From positions 32,170 to 96,169 of the forward strand of contig JANPFV010000104.1 of NCBI GenBank assembly GCA_031423615.1: a stretch of DNA of 64,000 nucleotides, in the 5' to 3' direction. Every line of letters begins with the position of its first letter. Position 1 is the first letter of the stretch. Below the pieces are notes generated by a model. That model was given only the letters and a program-made list of their open reading frames with translations. It had not been told where the DNA came from and ran no database searches. Source of the stretch: Candidatus Omnitrophota bacterium (GTDB lineage Bacteria > Omnitrophota > Gorgyraeia > Zapsychrales > JANLHA01). This document shows positions 1 through 8,965 of the stretch, piece by piece. The position numbers and the translations under genes are program-made.

Positions 1-6
1 CACATC

Positions 7-34
7 TTGACAAATTTTTTAAAAGTTTTAAAAT
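7..34 (+). promoter_or_regulatory. putative sigma70 promoter for moxR-bat operon
   Basis: TTGACA (7-12), 16-nt spacer, TAAAAT (29-34) in an AT-rich region; SD AAGGAGG at 104-110. Confidence 0.55.
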
Positions 35-118
35 ATTTTTTATCCTGCCTTATTAAATTTTTAAAAATTCCAATGTTGCTAAAATAAATTTTATTATTTC
101 CTTAAGGAGGAAGTGTTT

Positions 119-1114
119 ATGAGTGAAGTCAATATCAGCGCCATCACCGAAAAAGTAAAAAAAGAAAGCAGCTTCGTCGCGGCTTTGGTCATGGAAGTCG
201 ATAAAGTCTTGATCGGACAAAGATACCTGTTGGAACGTTTGCTCGTTGGACTTTTGGCCAATGGACACATTCTTGTTGAAGGGGTGCCCGGTCTCGCCAA
301 GACGACGGCCGTCAAGACCTTGGCGGCAACGATTCAGGCCAAATTTCAGCGTTTACAGTTTACTCCCGACATGTTGCCCGCGGATTTGACCGGCACCTTG
401 ATTTATGACCAGCATACGGGGCAGTTCAATGTGAAAAAAGGACCTTTGTTTGCCAACCTGATTCTGGCTGATGAAATCAACCGCGCGCCGGCGAAGGTCC
501 AAAGCGCTTTGCTGGAAGCCATGCAAGAACGTCAGATTACAATCGGCGCCGAAACATTGAAACTGGAAGATCCTTTCCTTGTTCTGGCCACGCAAAATCC
601 CATTGAGCAAGAAGGGACGTATCCTTTGCCCGAAGCCCAGGTTGACCGGTTTATGCTCAAAGTCAAAATCACCTATCCAACCAAGGAAGAGGAGCTTAAA
701 ATTTTACGCCGGATGTCTTTTACGAAAACCCATTTGAAAGTCCAGAATATTGTGACCACAGACGATATTCTGCGCGCTCGCAGTGTGGTCGACGAAATTT
801 ATATGGATGAAAAAATCGAAAAATATATTGTCGATATTGTCGAAGCGACCCGCCACCCGGAGCAATATAAGTTGGCGGATCTTAAAGGTTTGATCCAATA
901 CGGGGCTTCCCCGCGGGCCACGATTTATTTGGCGATTGCATCGAAAGCCTACGCCTTTTTGCAAGGCCGGGGATATGTGACGCCGCAGGATGTTAAGACC
1001 ATCGGCGCCGATGTTTTACGCCACCGGTTAATTGTCAGTTATGAAGCCGAAGCCGAAGAAAAAACGTCCGAGGACATCATTGCCCGTATATTTAGTGAAG
1101 TGGAAGTTCCTTAA
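119..1114 (+). CDS. moxR: MoxR-family AAA+ ATPase
   Basis: Walker A GVPGLAKT, RLQFTPDMLPAD, Walker B ILADEINRA, ATQNPIEQEGTYPLPEAQ; ATG 119 chosen from SD spacing. Confidence 0.95.
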   Translation: MSEVNISAITEKVKKESSFVAALVMEVDKVLIGQRYLLERLLVGLLANGHILVEGVPGLAKTTAVKTLAATIQAKFQRLQFTPDMLPADLTGTLIYDQHTGQFNVKKGPLFANLILADEINRAPAKVQSALLEAMQERQITIGAETLKLEDPFLVLATQNPIEQEGTYPLPEAQVDRFMLKVKITYPTKEEELKILRRMSFTKTHLKVQNIVTTDDILRARSVVDEIYMDEKIEKYIVDIVEATRHPEQYKLADLKGLIQYGASPRATIYLAIASKAYAFLQGRGYVTPQDVKTIGADVLRHRLIVSYEAEAEEKTSEDIIARIFSEVEVP

Positions 1115-1119
1115 ATGCC

Positions 1120-2016
1120 ATGATTCCCAAATATCTATTTAAGAAAGTCCGTCGCATTGAGATTATGACGTCCCGTCTGGTCACCGATGTTTTTGCCGGA
1201 CAATATCACAGTGTTTTCAAAGGTCGCGGCCTGGAATTCGATGAGGTGCGCGAATATTTTCCCGGGGACGATGTGCGCACCATCGACTGGAATGTCACCG
1301 CCCGCACCGGCAAGACCCATATCAAGAAATACGTTGAGGAACGCGAACTGACCGTCATGCTTTTAGTCGATGTTTCCCGTTCGTGCCGGTTTGCCAGCGT
1401 CAAAGAACTGAAAAGTCAATTGGCCGCCGAAATTGCCGCCCTCTTGGCTTTCTCAGCCATCCGCAACAATGATAAAATCGGCCTCATCATTTTTACTGAT
1501 AAAATTGAAAAATTTATCCCTCCCGTTAAAGGCCCCAAAAATGTTTTACGTTTGATTCGCGAGATCCTTTTTTTTAAGCCGCAGAATACCGGTACCGATA
1601 TGGCACTGGCTTTGGATTATTTGAGTAAGGTGAGCACGCGCAAAAGTGTGGCTTTTCTCATTTCCGATTTTCTTGCCGGGTCTGCGGACGCCAGCGGCCG
1701 TTTGAAAAAAGCCTTGGGGTTGGCCAATCGCCGCCACGATCTGATCGCCATTACCCTTAATGACCGCCGGGAAAAGGAATTTCCTGATTGCGGATTGTTA
1801 ATGCTCGAGGATGCAGAAACCGGCCGCGTGACTATGGTGGACACAAGTTCTTCGGCGGTGAGAGAGGAATACCGCGCCGCATCTCTGGTGCGTTTGAAAA
1901 ACCGCCAGCGCTTGTTTAGTTCCGTGGGAATGGACCATATCGATATTGCGACCGATGCGTCGTACAGTGATGAGATCGTAAAATTTTTTTTGAAACGCCG
2001 TAAAAGGAAAACTTAA
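1120..2016 (+). CDS. DUF58 domain protein (MoxR partner)
   Basis: G.EF.EVREY.PGDDVR.IDWNVTAR, EERE, ISDF motifs; follows moxR. Confidence 0.92.
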   Translation: MIPKYLFKKVRRIEIMTSRLVTDVFAGQYHSVFKGRGLEFDEVREYFPGDDVRTIDWNVTARTGKTHIKKYVEERELTVMLLVDVSRSCRFASVKELKSQLAAEIAALLAFSAIRNNDKIGLIIFTDKIEKFIPPVKGPKNVLRLIREILFFKPQNTGTDMALALDYLSKVSTRKSVAFLISDFLAGSADASGRLKKALGLANRRHDLIAITLNDRREKEFPDCGLLMLEDAETGRVTMVDTSSSAVREEYRAASLVRLKNRQRLFSSVGMDHIDIATDASYSDEIVKFFLKRRKRKT

Positions 2017-2017
2017 A

Positions 2018-2521
2018 ATGCCTGTCGCAGATTTAAAAGATGTCCGTCCACCGGTGGATTTGCCGCCCAATTATTTTTTGTTGTTTGTATTTTTGGGCCT
2101 TATCGTTTTGGCCGCGTTATTTTTCTTATTTTGTTGGCTTCTGCCCAGGCTTAAGTCAAAGACGGCCGTGCCGGTTGTGGTCCGTCCGGCGTGGGAAATC
2201 GCCAACGAAGAATTGGCGGCCCTGGAGAAAGAAAATCTTCCCGGGCGCGGCGAAGCCAAGGAATATTTCAGCCGTCTTTCCGACATTGTCCGTCATTATC
2301 TTGAACGCCGGTTTTCCGTTAGTGCTCCGGAAATGACGACGGATGAATTTTTGTTGCATGTCAAAACCATGGTCGTACTCCACGATCAACACAAGGAATC
2401 GTTAAAGGAATTTTTGATCGCAAGCGACATGGTAAAATTCGCGCGTTACGGTTCATCGGTTGGAGAAATGACCAAGGCTTTTACGGTCGCCAAACGTTTA
2501 GTAGATGAGACGATACCCTGA
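2018..2521 (+). CDS. single-pass membrane protein of bat operon (DUF4381-like)
   Basis: N-terminal LKDVRPP plus TM helix, EMTT.E and DMVKFA motifs; operon position. Confidence 0.7.
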   Translation: MPVADLKDVRPPVDLPPNYFLLFVFLGLIVLAALFFLFCWLLPRLKSKTAVPVVVRPAWEIANEELAALEKENLPGRGEAKEYFSRLSDIVRHYLERRFSVSAPEMTTDEFLLHVKTMVVLHDQHKESLKEFLIASDMVKFARYGSSVGEMTKAFTVAKRLVDETIP

Positions 2522-3519
2522 TGATTTTTAAAGACCCTTTAGTTTTGGTTTTTGTTCCCGTCATGGTATTGCTGGCGTTGTGGTTTACACGCCGAAATCA
2601 AAACGCCGGCCTGCGTTTTCCTTCCGACGATTTAGTCCAGACGCTGACTAAGACATGGAAAATTCGTTTGGCCAAAACACCGTTTTATTTTCGTTTATTG
2701 GCCTTGGGCTTGTTGGTCGTGGCCTTGGCCGGTCCGCGTTCGGTTCTTGAAGAAACCAAGCACGAAAGCGAAGGGATTGATATCGTGCTGGCCATTGATG
2801 GTTCGGGTAGTATGGCGGCCTTAGATTTTACTTTGCATGGTCAGCGTTACAATCGTCTGGACGTGGTTAAGGATGTTGTTAAAGAATTTATCGATGCTCG
2901 CACTTCGGACCGCATCGGTCTGGTGGCTTTCGGCGGGCGGGCTTACACCGTGAGTCCATTGACGACCGATTATATTTGGCTGAAAACGAATTTGGAACGG
3001 ATCACGCTGAATATGATGGACGATGGCACGGCGATCGGTTCGGCGATCAGTGCATCCTTATCGCGTTTGGAAAAAAGCCAGGCCAAAAGTAAAATCATTA
3101 TTCTTCTGACTGATGGAATAAACAATCGCGGCAAGATTGATCCTTTGTCGGCGGCGAAAGCGGCACAGGCTTTGGGTGTAAAAATTTATACGATCGGCGC
3201 GGGAACCAACGGCGTGGCGCCTGTCCCGGTAGCGCAAGACATGTGGGGTCAGCAGGTCTATCAAAATATGGCGGTTGAAATTGACGAAGAGACCCTTAAA
3301 ACGGTGGCCTCGTTAACCGGCGGAAAATATTTTCGGGCGACGGACACAGATTCTTTGCGCCAGGTGTATAAAGAAATCGACCGTTTGGAAAAAACGAAGA
3401 TTGAGGAAACGGGTTATCGGGAATATAAGGAATTGTTTGGATATTTCCTTAGCGCCGCATGGCTCCTCTTGGTGGCGGCGCTTATTCTGGAAAACACTTT
3501 ACTTTTGAGGTTGCCTTAA
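2521..3519 (+). CDS. batA: BatA-like VWA-domain membrane protein
   Basis: MIDAS DGSGSM, DRIGLVAFG, GTAIG, LLTDG; N- and C-terminal TM segments. Confidence 0.88.
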   Translation: MIFKDPLVLVFVPVMVLLALWFTRRNQNAGLRFPSDDLVQTLTKTWKIRLAKTPFYFRLLALGLLVVALAGPRSVLEETKHESEGIDIVLAIDGSGSMAALDFTLHGQRYNRLDVVKDVVKEFIDARTSDRIGLVAFGGRAYTVSPLTTDYIWLKTNLERITLNMMDDGTAIGSAISASLSRLEKSQAKSKIIILLTDGINNRGKIDPLSAAKAAQALGVKIYTIGAGTNGVAPVPVAQDMWGQQVYQNMAVEIDEETLKTVASLTGGKYFRATDTDSLRQVYKEIDRLEKTKIEETGYREYKELFGYFLSAAWLLLVAALILENTLLLRLP

Positions 3520-4530
3520 ATGAAATTCGGCGCGGCGCAAAATTTTCTTTGGTTATGGAATTTTATTCCCTTGTTTGCTTTCTTGTGGTGGGCGGGACGT
3601 CATAAACTGCGCCGGCTAAAATTATTTTCTCAGCCTGAACTTTTGGCACACATCGCCCAAGGTTATGACACTCAACGCCAGCGGCTGCAAAGGTTATTTT
3701 TTATTCTTGCCGCTGTTTTTAGTATTCTGGCTTTGGTCCGTCCGCAATGGGGTTATGAAATCCGTGACATTAAGCGGCGGGGTAGCGACATTCTTCTTGT
3801 CGTCGATGTTTCGCGCAGTATGCTAACTGAGGACGTGAAGCCCAGCCGTCTTAAGCGGGCCAAGCTGGCGATAAAAGACCTTGTCAAGGAGCTCAAGGGC
3901 GACCGCATCGGTTTGATCGCTTTTGCGGGCGATGCTTTTTTGACCTGTCCTTTGACGGTTGATTATAACGGTTTTCTATTGAATTTAGAAGATCTCAGTC
4001 CTGATGCTGTGCCGCGGGGCGGAACAAATATCAGCGCCGCACTCAGGGAGGCGCTTAAAGAATACGACACTGCCTCCGGAAAATATAAGGCCCTGATCAT
4101 TATTACCGACGGTGAGAATTTGGAAGAGGACCCTCTGTCCACGGTCGAGAAGGCCAAGGACAAGGGGATCAAAATTTTTGCTGTGGGTGTGGGAACGAAG
4201 GAAGGGGAACTGATTCAGTTGACAAATGAAAAAGGCGAGACGGATTTTTTGAAGGACAGCCAGGGAAACTTTGTGAAATCCCGTTTGAATGAAGGGTTGT
4301 TACAGAAAATGGCTTTGGCCACCGGCGGAGTTTATGTGCGGGCCAGCGGAACGCAGTTTGGCTTGGACCTGATTTATGAACAGGAAATTTCCAAATTTGA
4401 AAAAAGGGAATTTCAGACTAAATCGGAGCGGCGCTATTTTGAGCGGTTTCAGTTTCCCTTGTCGGCTGCTATTTTATTTTTGATTTTGGAAATCACCTGG
4501 CCGCTGCGCAAAAGGATGCGAGACGTATGA
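3520..4530 (+). CDS. batB: BatB-like VWA-domain protein
   Basis: RPQWG, DVSRSM, PSRL, DRIGLIAFAG, ITDGE; second VWA paralog. Confidence 0.85.
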   Translation: MKFGAAQNFLWLWNFIPLFAFLWWAGRHKLRRLKLFSQPELLAHIAQGYDTQRQRLQRLFFILAAVFSILALVRPQWGYEIRDIKRRGSDILLVVDVSRSMLTEDVKPSRLKRAKLAIKDLVKELKGDRIGLIAFAGDAFLTCPLTVDYNGFLLNLEDLSPDAVPRGGTNISAALREALKEYDTASGKYKALIIITDGENLEEDPLSTVEKAKDKGIKIFAVGVGTKEGELIQLTNEKGETDFLKDSQGNFVKSRLNEGLLQKMALATGGVYVRASGTQFGLDLIYEQEISKFEKREFQTKSERRYFERFQFPLSAAILFLILEITWPLRKRMRDV

Positions 4531-5456
4531 AAAAAATAACGCTGGCTTTGATTTTATTTTTCATAGGGGCCGGGCCGGGCTTTTGCGCTTCAAAGGAGTC
4601 GCTTGTCAAGAAGGGCAATGCCCTTTATCAGAAAAATAATTTTGCCGAATCGGTTAAGGAGTACGAGACGGCTTTAAAAAAAGATCCGGAATCACCGGCG
4701 ATCAATTTTGATTTGGGCACTGCCTTGTATAAAAACAAGAAATATGCCGAAGCGATTTCTTATTTACAAAAAGGACTTTTAAGCAAGGACCCGCTCTTAA
4801 AGAAGCAGGCCCATTTTAATTTAGGCGATGCCTTCTATAAAAAAGGGCGGGAGCTAGAGGGCAGTCGTCTGGATGAAGCTATTGCGGATTTGGAAGAATC
4901 GCTGCGCCAGTTTGAGGCCGTTAGGAATGTTGATGACAAGGATAATGACGCCAAGTATAATCATGACACTGTCAAAAAGGAATTGGAGCGTTTGAAAGAA
5001 AAGAAAGAACAGCGGCGGAAAAAAGGCGGCGATCAGTCAGAGAACGAGCCAGAGCAAAAGAAAAACCAAGGTTCGAAAGAAGATACTTCAACGTCGTCGC
5101 CGGAGAAAAACCAGCCGGATCAGAAGAAAGACCAAGGCTCAAAAGAAGATACTTCCCAGCCGTCGCTACAAAAAAGCCATACGGACAAAAACCTTTCGTA
5201 CGAGACGGCCCAGCACAGCGAAGAAAAAAAGGAAGAAAATAAAGCCGAGCAAGGTTTTTCCCAGAGCAAGGATAAAAAGACCGCATTAGAAAAAGATTCC
5301 CCGTTGCAGGCGGTTCAGATAAAGCCGGGGCAAATGAGTAAGGAAGAAGCCAAGGCGCTGTTAGAACATTTTGAACAGGGCGAAGAAGCCCCGGCCTTGT
5401 TAAATTTTGGCAAACGTAAGTCATCCGAAGAATCTGTGGTTTCGAAAGATTGGTAA
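4527..5456 (+). CDS. batC: BatC-like TPR protein with low-complexity Q/K/E/S tail
   Basis: signal peptide, TPR helices (GNALY, FDLGTALYK, FNLGDAFYK), C-terminal KDW typical of BatC. Confidence 0.8.
   Translation: MKKITLALILFFIGAGPGFCASKESLVKKGNALYQKNNFAESVKEYETALKKDPESPAINFDLGTALYKNKKYAEAISYLQKGLLSKDPLLKKQAHFNLGDAFYKKGRELEGSRLDEAIADLEESLRQFEAVRNVDDKDNDAKYNHDTVKKELERLKEKKEQRRKKGGDQSENEPEQKKNQGSKEDTSTSSPEKNQPDQKKDQGSKEDTSQPSLQKSHTDKNLSYETAQHSEEKKEENKAEQGFSQSKDKKTALEKDSPLQAVQIKPGQMSKEEAKALLEHFEQGEEAPALLNFGKRKSSEESVVSKDW
5040..5166 (+). repeat. 66-bp (22-codon) imperfect tandem duplication inside batC
   Basis: ACCAAGG..AAAGAAGATACTTC at 5065 and 5131; peptides EQKKNQGSKEDTS and DQKKDQGSKEDTS. 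Confidence 0.8.
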
Positions 5457-5457
5457 A

Positions 5458-7299
5458 ATGAAGCTATTGGTAAAAGGGATTTTTATTGTGATTTGTGGAG
5501 TCTTGTCCGTCGGCAGCTTTTCAAATCCGGTGGACGCGGAAGATGTCTCAGTTAAGGCCGCCGTGAGTTCAAAAACGGTGGAATTAGGCTCGGCTTTGAC
5601 GCTGACGGTTACGATTGACGGTGCGCAGGAAGTGCCGCCGGTCCAATTACCAAAGATTGAAGGAGTCGAAACGCGCTATCTCGGCCCGAACATACGCGTC
5701 TCGACCATCAACGGTGCAAAGTTTCACTCGATGGGCGTGAGGTTTTCTGTGATCCCGCTTAAAACGGGACAGTTTCAGATTCCGGCGCTTACCATTTCCT
5801 TGGACGGTAAAGATTATACGACAACCCCCATTGATATTACGGTCATGGCCGCCACTGCGGGCCCACCGGGGCAGACCGGCGCAAAAGATAAAGATGCTGC
5901 ATCCTCTTTGCAGGACAAAATTTTTATTGTTCTGGGGACATCTAAAAAAGAGACCTATGTGAGTGAACCGATTCCCGTCGTGATAAAACTTTTTATCAAT
6001 GACCTGGCGGTCAAGAATGTGCAATATCCCTCCCTTGAGCATGATGGTTTTGCGGTGGAAGATTTTCCCGAACCGCGCCGCGGCCGGCAGACCTTGGGTG
6101 ATGTGAATTATCAGGTGATGGAATTTCGGACCTTTATTTATCCTACCCGTACTGGTGATCTGAATCTTGGCCCCGCCCATTTAGGCGCTAATATCATGAT
6201 TAAAAATTCCCGCCGCGAAGATATGCCGGGGGAATTTAACGATATCTTTACCGATGATCTTTTTGATAATTTTTTGGGCCGGTATGAAACCAAGACCATT
6301 ATGCTGGAAAGCGCCAATATCGGTCTTAAAGTTCTTCCTTTGCCGCCAGAAGGCCGACCCCAGGATTTTTCCGGCGGGGTAGGAAAATATAATTTTGATA
6401 TAACGGTCAGTCCGGCGGAAGTGAAAGTCGGCGACCCTTTGACCGTCCGCATGAAAATTGCGGGTGACGGAAATTTGCAGGCCGTGAATTTCCCGCTCTT
6501 TAAAACTTCTCCGGATTTTAAAGTTTACGATCCCAAGATTACGTCCCAAAACGGCGAAAAAGTCCTCGAGCAGGTCATCATTCCCAATCACGATCAAGTC
6601 AAGGAACTCCCCGCCGTAAGTTTTAGTTTTTTTGATCCTGCGGATAAGCAGTATCATACGATAACCAAGGGACCTTTTCCTTTGCTGGTCAGTCCTTTGG
6701 CAAAAGGGGAGGAATCGAAAGTGGTCGGTTTAACGGCTCCGGCCATGGGGGCAAAACCCGTCGCTGGCCCGGAGGAGTTAGGAAGGGACATCCGGTTTAT
6801 TAAGGAAAGCATCGGTCGGGTGCAAAGACAGGGGAACATTTTATACCGCCAGCCCGGATTTATTTTAAGTGTCATCTTGCTGGTGATGGTTTGGCTGGGG
6901 TTGTTTGTAAACTTTGAATACCGCAAAAGGATTATGACGGATGTCCGATGGGCGCGGCGTTTACAGGCTCCGCGGCAGGCCCAGGAGGGGCTGGCCCAAG
7001 CCGGAAATTTCTTGCGGCAGAATGACGTCCGCAATTTTTATGACCGCATTTATAAAACCCTGCAGGATTATTTTGGCAATAATTTCCATCTCTCGTCGGC
7101 TGATGTGACCCTCGGCGGGATTGAGACTCGTCTGAAACCCCAGCATAAAAATAATGCGGCGCTGGCCTCTTTGCGGGAAATTTTTGCGGAATGTGAATTG
7201 GTGCGTTTTGCTTGCGCCCAGGTCTCGGAAGAAAAAATGAAAAATATTTTTCAGAAAACCCAAGAAGTCATTGATTTTTTTGAACGGAATTACAAATGA
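5458..7299 (+). CDS. batD: BatD-family protein
   Basis: signal peptide, repeated beta-rich domains, LPLP..GRP.DFSGGVG, FSFFDP, C-terminal TM; ATG 5458 follows the batC stop. Confidence 0.85.
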   Translation: MKLLVKGIFIVICGVLSVGSFSNPVDAEDVSVKAAVSSKTVELGSALTLTVTIDGAQEVPPVQLPKIEGVETRYLGPNIRVSTINGAKFHSMGVRFSVIPLKTGQFQIPALTISLDGKDYTTTPIDITVMAATAGPPGQTGAKDKDAASSLQDKIFIVLGTSKKETYVSEPIPVVIKLFINDLAVKNVQYPSLEHDGFAVEDFPEPRRGRQTLGDVNYQVMEFRTFIYPTRTGDLNLGPAHLGANIMIKNSRREDMPGEFNDIFTDDLFDNFLGRYETKTIMLESANIGLKVLPLPPEGRPQDFSGGVGKYNFDITVSPAEVKVGDPLTVRMKIAGDGNLQAVNFPLFKTSPDFKVYDPKITSQNGEKVLEQVIIPNHDQVKELPAVSFSFFDPADKQYHTITKGPFPLLVSPLAKGEESKVVGLTAPAMGAKPVAGPEELGRDIRFIKESIGRVQRQGNILYRQPGFILSVILLVMVWLGLFVNFEYRKRIMTDVRWARRLQAPRQAQEGLAQAGNFLRQNDVRNFYDRIYKTLQDYFGNNFHLSSADVTLGGIETRLKPQHKNNAALASLREIFAECELVRFACAQVSEEKMKNIFQKTQEVIDFFERNYK

Positions 7300-8018
7300 A
7301 GAAAATTATTTTTATCCTTATTTTTATAGCCACGGTGACGGGCCCGGCCCGCGCGCAGACCGTGGATTTTGCCCAGGCCAATACGGCTTACCGAGACGGA
7401 AAATATGCCGAGGCCATCAAGGGTTATGAAGGTATCCTCCACAGCGGAACGGAAAGCGGCGAAATTTTTTACAATCTGGGAAACAGTTACTATAAAAATA
7501 AGCAATTGGGCAAGGCAATCCTTAATTATGAACGGGCGCGACAGTTGCTGCCGCGCGATGCGGAAGTGGCGGCCAATTATAAACTGGCCTTGTCTGATGT
7601 TCCGTCGCGAATTGATGCAAAAGGGAAGGTGATAGACAAGCTTTTCGAAAGTCATATTTATTTTTATACCGTCAATGAAATGGTCTTGCTATTGAGCCTG
7701 CTTTTTTTTCTTTTTTTGGCCTGTCATCTGATGAGATTGTATGTCAAGTGGTCGCTTACGCCTCTGATGATTGTGGGAATAGTTTTTTTCATTTTTGCGG
7801 TCGGATTGGAAAGAAAATTACAGATAGAAAAGGATGCGGGTATTATGATTTTATCGGCACCGGCGAGGTTTGAACCAAACGACAAGGCCACGGTTTATTT
7901 TGAGCTTCCGGAAGGACAGAAAGTTAAAATGCAAGGCCGGGAAGGCGAATGGTCAAAAATTGAACGGCCTGACGGGAAGTCCGGGTGGGTGCCCACCGCA
8001 GCAGTGGAAAGAATTTAA
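7296..8018 (+). CDS. batE: BatE-like TPR + SH3b protein
   Basis: FYNLGNSYYK, AILNYERA..L.PRD, two TM helices, SH3b-like WSKI..PDGKSGWV. Confidence 0.85.
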   Translation: MKKIIFILIFIATVTGPARAQTVDFAQANTAYRDGKYAEAIKGYEGILHSGTESGEIFYNLGNSYYKNKQLGKAILNYERARQLLPRDAEVAANYKLALSDVPSRIDAKGKVIDKLFESHIYFYTVNEMVLLLSLLFFLFLACHLMRLYVKWSLTPLMIVGIVFFIFAVGLERKLQIEKDAGIMILSAPARFEPNDKATVYFELPEGQKVKMQGREGEWSKIERPDGKSGWVPTAAVERI

Positions 8019-8032
8019 GACAAGGGATGAGA

Positions 8033-8563
8033 ATGCGTTTTCTTTATTTTGTTTTTGCTGTTTTCGTTGCGGCTGTCATCCCCTTACCGGTAGGAGCAGA
8101 CCAAACGTTTTCTGAATTTTGTAGCCAGATATATGCGGAAAGTTCAAAATGCCCGCAAGCGGCTTGTCAATTGCAATGTGCTAGCGGAGTTTCTGTCCCG
8201 GATTGTCCGCAAATTTGTATTCCTAAAGAGTGCAAGTCCATTAGTCCGCAGAATTGTCCGCCAAAGTTTTGCAGTATTGTCGAAGACTGCTCGAAAAAAA
8301 AGATTTGCCTTCCAAAAATTCCTGCCGACCAAGTCCCGGAATGCGGCGCTTTGGCCTATAGTGCCCAGGATGTCGAATGCTGTAAGGGCTTAGTCAAGCG
8401 CTGCGGGTTCGATTATCTTGATGGAAAATGCAATATGGAAGGGAAAAATACGTCCTACCGTTTCCCCATCTGTATTCCCTGCGGCGACGGGATTTGCGCT
8501 AACTTTGAGAACCATTGCAACTGCCCCGAAGACTGCAAGAAAGATATTATCCCGTTAGATTAG
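8033..8563 (+). CDS. secreted cysteine-rich protein (22 Cys)
   Basis: SD AAGGGA, signal peptide, 22 Cys, C-terminal CGDGIC...ENHCNCPEDC motif. Confidence 0.75.
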   Translation: MRFLYFVFAVFVAAVIPLPVGADQTFSEFCSQIYAESSKCPQAACQLQCASGVSVPDCPQICIPKECKSISPQNCPPKFCSIVEDCSKKKICLPKIPADQVPECGALAYSAQDVECCKGLVKRCGFDYLDGKCNMEGKNTSYRFPICIPCGDGICANFENHCNCPEDCKKDIIPLD

Positions 8564-8965
8564 GTCGATGATTTTTTTAACGCGCCAATGCGAGTTGACC
8601 CACAGTCCGGTAATGGGATAAGAAGGAAAGAGTTTTTTGATTTTCTTTGACCCGTCGATGATTTGAACTTTATGCGTTTCATAGGGGGCGGGATTCCCGC
8701 GGCAGTCGAAATGCCCCACGACAAAAATATGCGATGAATGGTTGATTGTCGTTGAGATTTTAATCCCCGTCAGGATGGCGTCCATCTGGGCGTGCGGGGT
8801 CGTCAGGATCTTGTCCATGCCCGGGCCTGAAATAATGTCTACGAATTTTACTTTGGAACTGCGACGGATCCAATTGATGACCGGAATTTGGATGCGGCCG
8901 TCCATGCACGTCAGGCACGTGGCGCGATGATCGTCGCGCAGGTGAGGTTTGGGAGCCCTGGTCAT
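8555..8965 (-). CDS. small beta-class carbonic anhydrase-like protein
   Basis: zinc-ligand pattern CMDGR ... HFDC; ATGA overlap with the upstream gene. Confidence 0.75.
   Translation of the reverse strand: MTRAPKPHLRDDHRATCLTCMDGRIQIPVINWIRRSSKVKFVDIISGPGMDKILTTPHAQMDAILTGIKISTTINHSSHIFVVGHFDCRGNPAPYETHKVQIIDGSKKIKKLFPSYPITGLWVNSHWRVKKIIDLI

Noticed and set aside
3517-3522. in-frame TAA-ATG between batA and batB as readthrough or a split gene
   Set aside because: Both are full-length VWA proteins with their own N-terminal TM segments; ordinary translational coupling.
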